DNA from: Basidiobolus meristosporus CBS 931.73
Taxonomy: Eukaryota; Fungi; Basidiobolomycota
Length of the DNA: 64,000 bases
Assembly: GCA_002104905.1 (NCBI GenBank)
Contig: MCFE01000107.1
Location: forward strand, 1-64,000
Reading direction: 5' to 3'
A program made the translations under genes and the position numbers. Shown one piece after another: positions 58,660-64,000 of the stretch (positions are counted from its first letter, which is position 1; each line of letters starts with the position of its first letter). The notes under the pieces are model-generated. The model searched no databases. It was given only the letters and a program-made list of their open reading frames with translations, and was not told where the DNA came from.

Positions 58660-59743
58660 ACAACGAAAAGAATCACCCTTAGTATAATTTAATACAGCCT
58701 TTGCATTAGACTACTTAATAAATTAGGTTCATTTCCAATTTGGCTACATCTATAACAAACCCTCTGCAAATTAGTTGCTCGGCATGCTGAAAGTTTCTTT
58801 ACCAATATGCGGCGAGTTGTCTGCCTTTGTGGCTGTTTAGTACTCTACACGGAATACCTACTATTGTAGATCGATTTGGGTGGTTGTTTTGTGTGCTATA
58901 GGCGTTCTGATATCGAGTGTGCTTCAATGCTTGTTGTAATTAAAGCATTATTGAAACATATATAATGGGAGGAATACCTCATGTTGTGGATGGTAATGGC
59001 TGATTAGTCAATAAATGGGATGAATTGTCTGTGTCAGCTTTCGATTTGTGGTGGTTTAGACTTCCTACCAATTATAGATTAGCTTGGTTACTAATTCGCT
59101 AATAGTGATTACCTAACTTAACTTACGGTATTTATTTTTAGACCTCTAAAAATAAGTGTTCAGGATTATATCACAATCCCACTTTATACAGGCTTTAATC
59201 TTCGATGAGATCCTCATTCCTGTAGCATTCCCGACCCTTGGTCCATACTGACTTTGATAAGTATTCATCTCTACCAGGTCACCATAATCAACCTACCATA
59301 TGATTGACCACGCATATCTAAGCGTCAACTAGGTTTTACCAGTGGACAGGAGGTTTAATCGAAAATACAGATGGCTCTAATTAGATCAATCATCAATCGA
59401 AAATGTACAAAAAGTTGGTTTTTACAACAATTTGATTTCGAAATGAACATTCCATAAGCTTACTTCCACATGCCCGCCATAGATCTAAAAATACTACCAT
59501 CTGACAAATACTTGTGGCTAGTAATATAAGTTACCCTACATCAACGCAAGCTTGGCCTGTCCAGTTTATGTTCCACACACTAAAGCGGGTTAAAAGTGCT
59601 TGCATTGAGTTACATTCCGCGTTACACCCAAGGGATATTGTGGTGTGACATTGCGAAATGAAGTCATCCCACAACCATGATGGCGATTGGCATAAATGCC
59701 GGCCGAAGTTCGAGACAAACAGCATTCTACCTTAATTCTAATC

Positions 59744-61025
59744 ATGTACTTCTCCAAAGCTGCGCTTCTCTCCATTGCCGTTTTCCTCCAGCTCACTGCC
59801 ACGCAAGCTCGTGTCTCCAAGGATGACCGCTGTGGTGTGATCAATGGCGAGAAGGTCACTTGCCCTAGCGGCGAGTGCTGCTCATCTTACGGATGGTAAG
59901 TTTCACTCTACCTGTTGTCGATACGAGCTAGGAGTAATCGTTGATGATGCTTTCCTTTGCTGTAGGTGCGGAACCAGCACTGATCACTGTGTGACCAACT
60001 GCTTATTCCAATGCAAGAAATCCAAGCCAACCACCACCGTCAAGCCTACCTCCACCCCCAAGCCCACCATTACCACCACCACCGCCACTCCTGCTGCTAC
60101 CCAGACCGTCACATCCATTGATGGTACCTGCGGCTTGAAGAACAACATTCTTGTCCAATGCGAACCTGGTAACTGCTGCTCCCAATATGGATACTGTGGC
60201 AGCACTGAGGAGCACTGCAAGGGCACCACTCCCCAACCTCAACCCAGTGTTACTCCTGGCAAGCCCACCGGTAACGTTGTCCCTGGTCAGGTCATCGAAA
60301 CCTGCAGCAAAGCTGGTACTTTCGCCGTCACCTTCGATGATGGACCAAGTGATATGACCGGCAAACTCCTTGACGACTTGAAGAAGAGAAATGCCAAGGT
60401 CACCTTCTTCGTTGTTGGTGAAAGTAAGTGGTCGTTTCTTTGTGGTGTTGAGGAATGATATCAGTGCATAGAGGCATTCCCACACTCCCCAATTGCTAAT
60501 GAAAATGTGTGCTGACTCTGCTTTTGCAAATGCTTAGTGCTCGAGAATGCTCAAGGTCGCCAATACCTCAAGCGTGCCTATGATGAAGGCCACCACATCG
60601 CCTCCCACACCTACACCCACATCAGCCTGGCCAAGTCATCCGAGGCATTGATCCGCAGTGAGATGCAAAAGACCTCTGACGCCATCTTCAAGGTCATTGG
60701 CAAGCGCCCCCAGTACATGCGCCCACCTTATGGTGAGTACAATGCCAAGTCCCTTGCCATCATGAAGGACATGGGATACAAGGTGATCTACTGGAACGTC
60801 GACACCCTTGACTGGCAAACCAAGAGCTCCCAGAAGAGCCTGGATGTGTACAAGAAGACTCTTGCCAAGGCCAACCTCAAGAACGACCGCTTCATCTCGC
60901 TCCAACACGACATCCAACCCAGCACCATCCAAGCAGCTGGTGGCATTCTTGACGCCGTCATCAAGTCAGGCTTCAAGATCACCACTGTTGCTGACTGCCT
61001 CGGTGACGCTGGATTGTATCATTAA
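59744..61025 (+). CDS. cda: Chitin deacetylase CBM18x2-CE4, copy 7
   Basis: Same architecture; the upstream ~200 bp is nearly identical to that of copy 6. Confidence 0.93.
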
Positions 61026-61711
61026 GTTTAAATGAGCGATTGTTTTTAGAATAATATAATTTTTAAATTGATACGGCATTTAGATAGAACTTGATTTTCA
61101 ATAAATGGGAGTATTTTTCCGATGATGCTGTTGCCTTTCCCGAAGGTGGTAGGATACTTAAATTTCGCATCAGCACCATATCTAGCACATAAAGCATCTG
61201 TCCTCGGGAAAGTTTGTTCCAGATCCACTTCTGACAATCACCGTCAAATAGGAAAGCCTGCTTCGGGTTGGGGGATGGATTTGGTGGTACTTGAATCAAC
61301 CAACCAATTAGTTCTGCCCTCCATTGTTCCACCCAAGTAAACATTAGCTAAGCCTCTTCAAAAGATTAACCAACGGGGAAGAAAAGCCGAGCAAACTTGC
61401 GTAGCGCGTCAAACGTTAGATGCACAAGAGATAGTAGGCTCTCACCAAAAAACCGGATCGATACTGAAACAGACCTATCGAATGGCCGAGGGGATATTGG
61501 ATCTCTGGTAGGTATTTTGGTGTAGCATGGTCTAAATTTAGCCAACAAGGGTTGGATCCACAGTTGGGAATGCGCTAGTAATATAGGGTTAGAAAAAAAC
61601 GTCGTGCAACATTGAGGTGTTGCGCATATGCTCGCTAGCTTTCATCGGCTTCCCACTACTATAAAGCCAGGAAGGTTGTTGCTCGGTAGTAACAACAAAA
61701 ACATCTTAACT

Positions 61712-62993
61712 ATGTATTTCTCCAAAGCAGCGCTTCTCTCCATTGCCGTTTTCCTCCAGCTCACCGCCACGCAAGCTCGTGTCTCCAAGGATGACCGCTG
61801 TGGTGTGATCAATGGCGAGAAGGTCACTTGCCCTAGCGGCGAGTGCTGCTCATCTTACGGATGGTAAGTTTCACTCTACCTGTTGTCGATACGAGCTAGG
61901 AGTAATCGTTGATGATGCTTTCCTTTGCTGTAGGTGCGGAACCAGCACTGATCACTGTGTGACCAACTGCTTATTCCAATGCAAGAAATCCAAGCCAACT
62001 ACCACCGTCAAGCCTACCTCTACCCCCAAGCCCACCATTACCACCACCACCACCGCTCCTGCTGCTACCCAGACCGTCACATCCATTGATGGTACCTGCG
62101 GCTTGAAGAACAACATTCTTGTCCAATGCGAACCTGGTAACTGCTGCTCCCAATATGGATACTGTGGCAGCACTGAGGAGTACTGCAAGGGAACCACTCC
62201 CCAACCTCAACCCAGTGTTACTCCTGGCAAGCCCACCGGTAACGTTGTCCCTGGTCAGGTCATCGAAACCTGCAGCAAAGCTGGTACTTTCGCCGTCACC
62301 TTCGATGATGGGCCAAGTGATATGACCGGTAAACTCCTTGACGACTTGAAGAAGAGAAATGCCAAGGTCACCTTCTTCGTTGTTGGTCAAAGTAAGTGGT
62401 CGTTTCTTTGTGGTTGTGAGAAATGGCATCGGTGCAAAGAGGCATTTCCAAACCTCACAATTGCTAATGAAAATATGTGCTAACTCTGCTTTTGCGAATG
62501 CTTAGTGCTCGAGAATGCTCAAGGTCGCCAATACCTCAAGCGTGCCTATGATGAAGGCCACCACATCGCCTCCCACACCTACACCCACATCAGCCTGGCC
62601 AAGTCATCCGAGGCATTGATCCGCAGTGAGATGCAAAAGACCTCCGATGCCATCTTCAAGGTCATTGGCAAGCGCCCCCAGTACATGCGCCCACCTTATG
62701 GTGAGTACAATGCCAAGTCCCTTGCCATCATGAAGGACATGGGATACAAGGTGATCTACTGGAACGTCGACACCCTTGACTGGCAAACCAAGAGCTCCCA
62801 GAAGAGCCTGGATGTGTACAAGAAGACTCTTGCCAAGGCCAACCTCAAGAACGACCGCTTCATCTCGCTCCAACACGACATCCAGCCCAGCACCATCCAA
62901 GCAGCCGGTGGCATCCTTGACGCCGTCATCAAGTCAGGCTTCAAGATCACCACTGTTGCTGACTGCCTTGGTGACTCTGGATTGTACTACTAA
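61712..62993 (+). CDS. cda: Chitin deacetylase CBM18x2-CE4, copy 8
   Basis: Exons and intron 1 are nearly identical to copy 7, but the upstream sequence is unrelated. Confidence 0.93.
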
Positions 62994-64000
62994 ACAATAA
63001 CGGGGCATGCTTCGCTCCTCATGCTGAACACTTCCGATATTAGCTAATTTAATGGTCGTATAGAGAGCTGTCGCTTAATCCATTTTTGTGTACGTTTTCG
63101 AACTCAATAAACCCCTCGGCACTGACAAGCCAATTCAAAGAGATGTCGCTCTATGGTGGCAAAGCCGAAGATAATGGCTTGATGATACCTGGCTCATGGT
63201 TCCTGGCAGTAATGACTGATGTCTTCGTGCTCTGGAGCTCAATTGATGCGACTCCGTAATTATCGGCTCGTTTGTGGATGCGGCTACCACTATCCGATTG
63301 GTCTCCCCTGTATAATCCATTGATATTGCGGATCCTCATTTCTTGGTAGTGTCCATAAATTTCCAGACGCATTTTAGCCATAGTACCACTGATGATTGAA
63401 TTTTCGGTTCGATGCCATGAACCTGTTAGATATTCGTAGCTCCCTGTTGAACGTATAACTCAGCCAAACCCACTAGCATTTATTACTTGAGCATGCAGGA
63501 CTCTCTGCAGCAGCAATGCAAAGCCTCTAACCGTCTCTGGGGTTGACAAACAGTCAACACCCAACAGTGTTTGCCCAATATTGTCAAAAGAATCGCAATC
63601 AGTTTCCGCTCAAGTCCAATCAATACACCATATGCTAGAAGACTGCTGCAAGATACCGACCGCATGACATAGAGCTATGAATACCTCTGCAACATCAATA
63701 AAATACCATCAGGACAGTTGCCTCCTCAAAGATCAAAAACCTAGTGAAAGCAATGCTGGTTAGCCCCCCATGAGCTTCTGCTGCTTACCTCCCCCCTTTT
63801 CTCACCACTTAAACCACAATACCTAATATACTCCAGTTTTCCTGTAAACTATCTGGCCATAATCACTCTCACCATCTTTACCAGCAGATGCTAGTGTTTT
63901 ACTTACCTTTGTTGTATGTTGATCTGGTAATCAAGACGCAGGATACATCTGGAGATTTCATTGCAAGACTGATAGAGAAATGTTATCCTGTGGCAGAGTG

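Noticed and set aside
53313-63000. Recurrent antisense and off-frame ORFs inside the cda genes (for example MDGAGLDVVLERDE..., MVILKPDL...)
   Set aside because: They recur only because the genes are duplicated and codon-biased; there is no independent evidence.
63650-64000. CpG-poor right edge as the start of another transposon
   Set aside because: Too short, with no coding motif or terminus visible in the window.

Overview
Eukaryotic window with short GT-AG introns, a tRNA gene and secreted CBM18-CE4 enzymes. The gene content suggests an early-diverging fungus such as Basidiobolus (inference). It has three parts. (1) 1-24.8 kb is a repeat block strongly depleted in CpG. It holds two fragments of one LINE family, a tRNA-headed SINE-like element sharing the LINE 3' tail, two copies of a ~6.2-6.3 kb unit encoding a Kelch-SNF2 helicase plus two other ORFs and a 155-bp tandem array, two truncated Ty3/Gypsy elements, and the 5' part of a Ty1/Copia element. 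At three junctions an element ending in CCCTAA/CCCTAACC replaces the left part of its right-hand neighbour, and all such ends point the same way. This is the pattern expected from repeated addition onto a chromosome end, and it is the most interesting signal in the window. (2) 25-47 kb holds small secreted-protein genes, tRNA-Leu(CAG), a Gly/Asn-rich secreted protein, a divergent pair of uricases, an intronless bacterial-type glycoside hydrolase, a GST, a repetitive membrane protein and a CD2AP/CIN85-like triple-SH3 adaptor. (3) 47.6-63 kb is a tandem array of eight SP-CBM18-linker-CBM18-CE4 chitin deacetylase genes with signs of concerted evolution. All family assignments come from motif recognition by eye; no database search was run.
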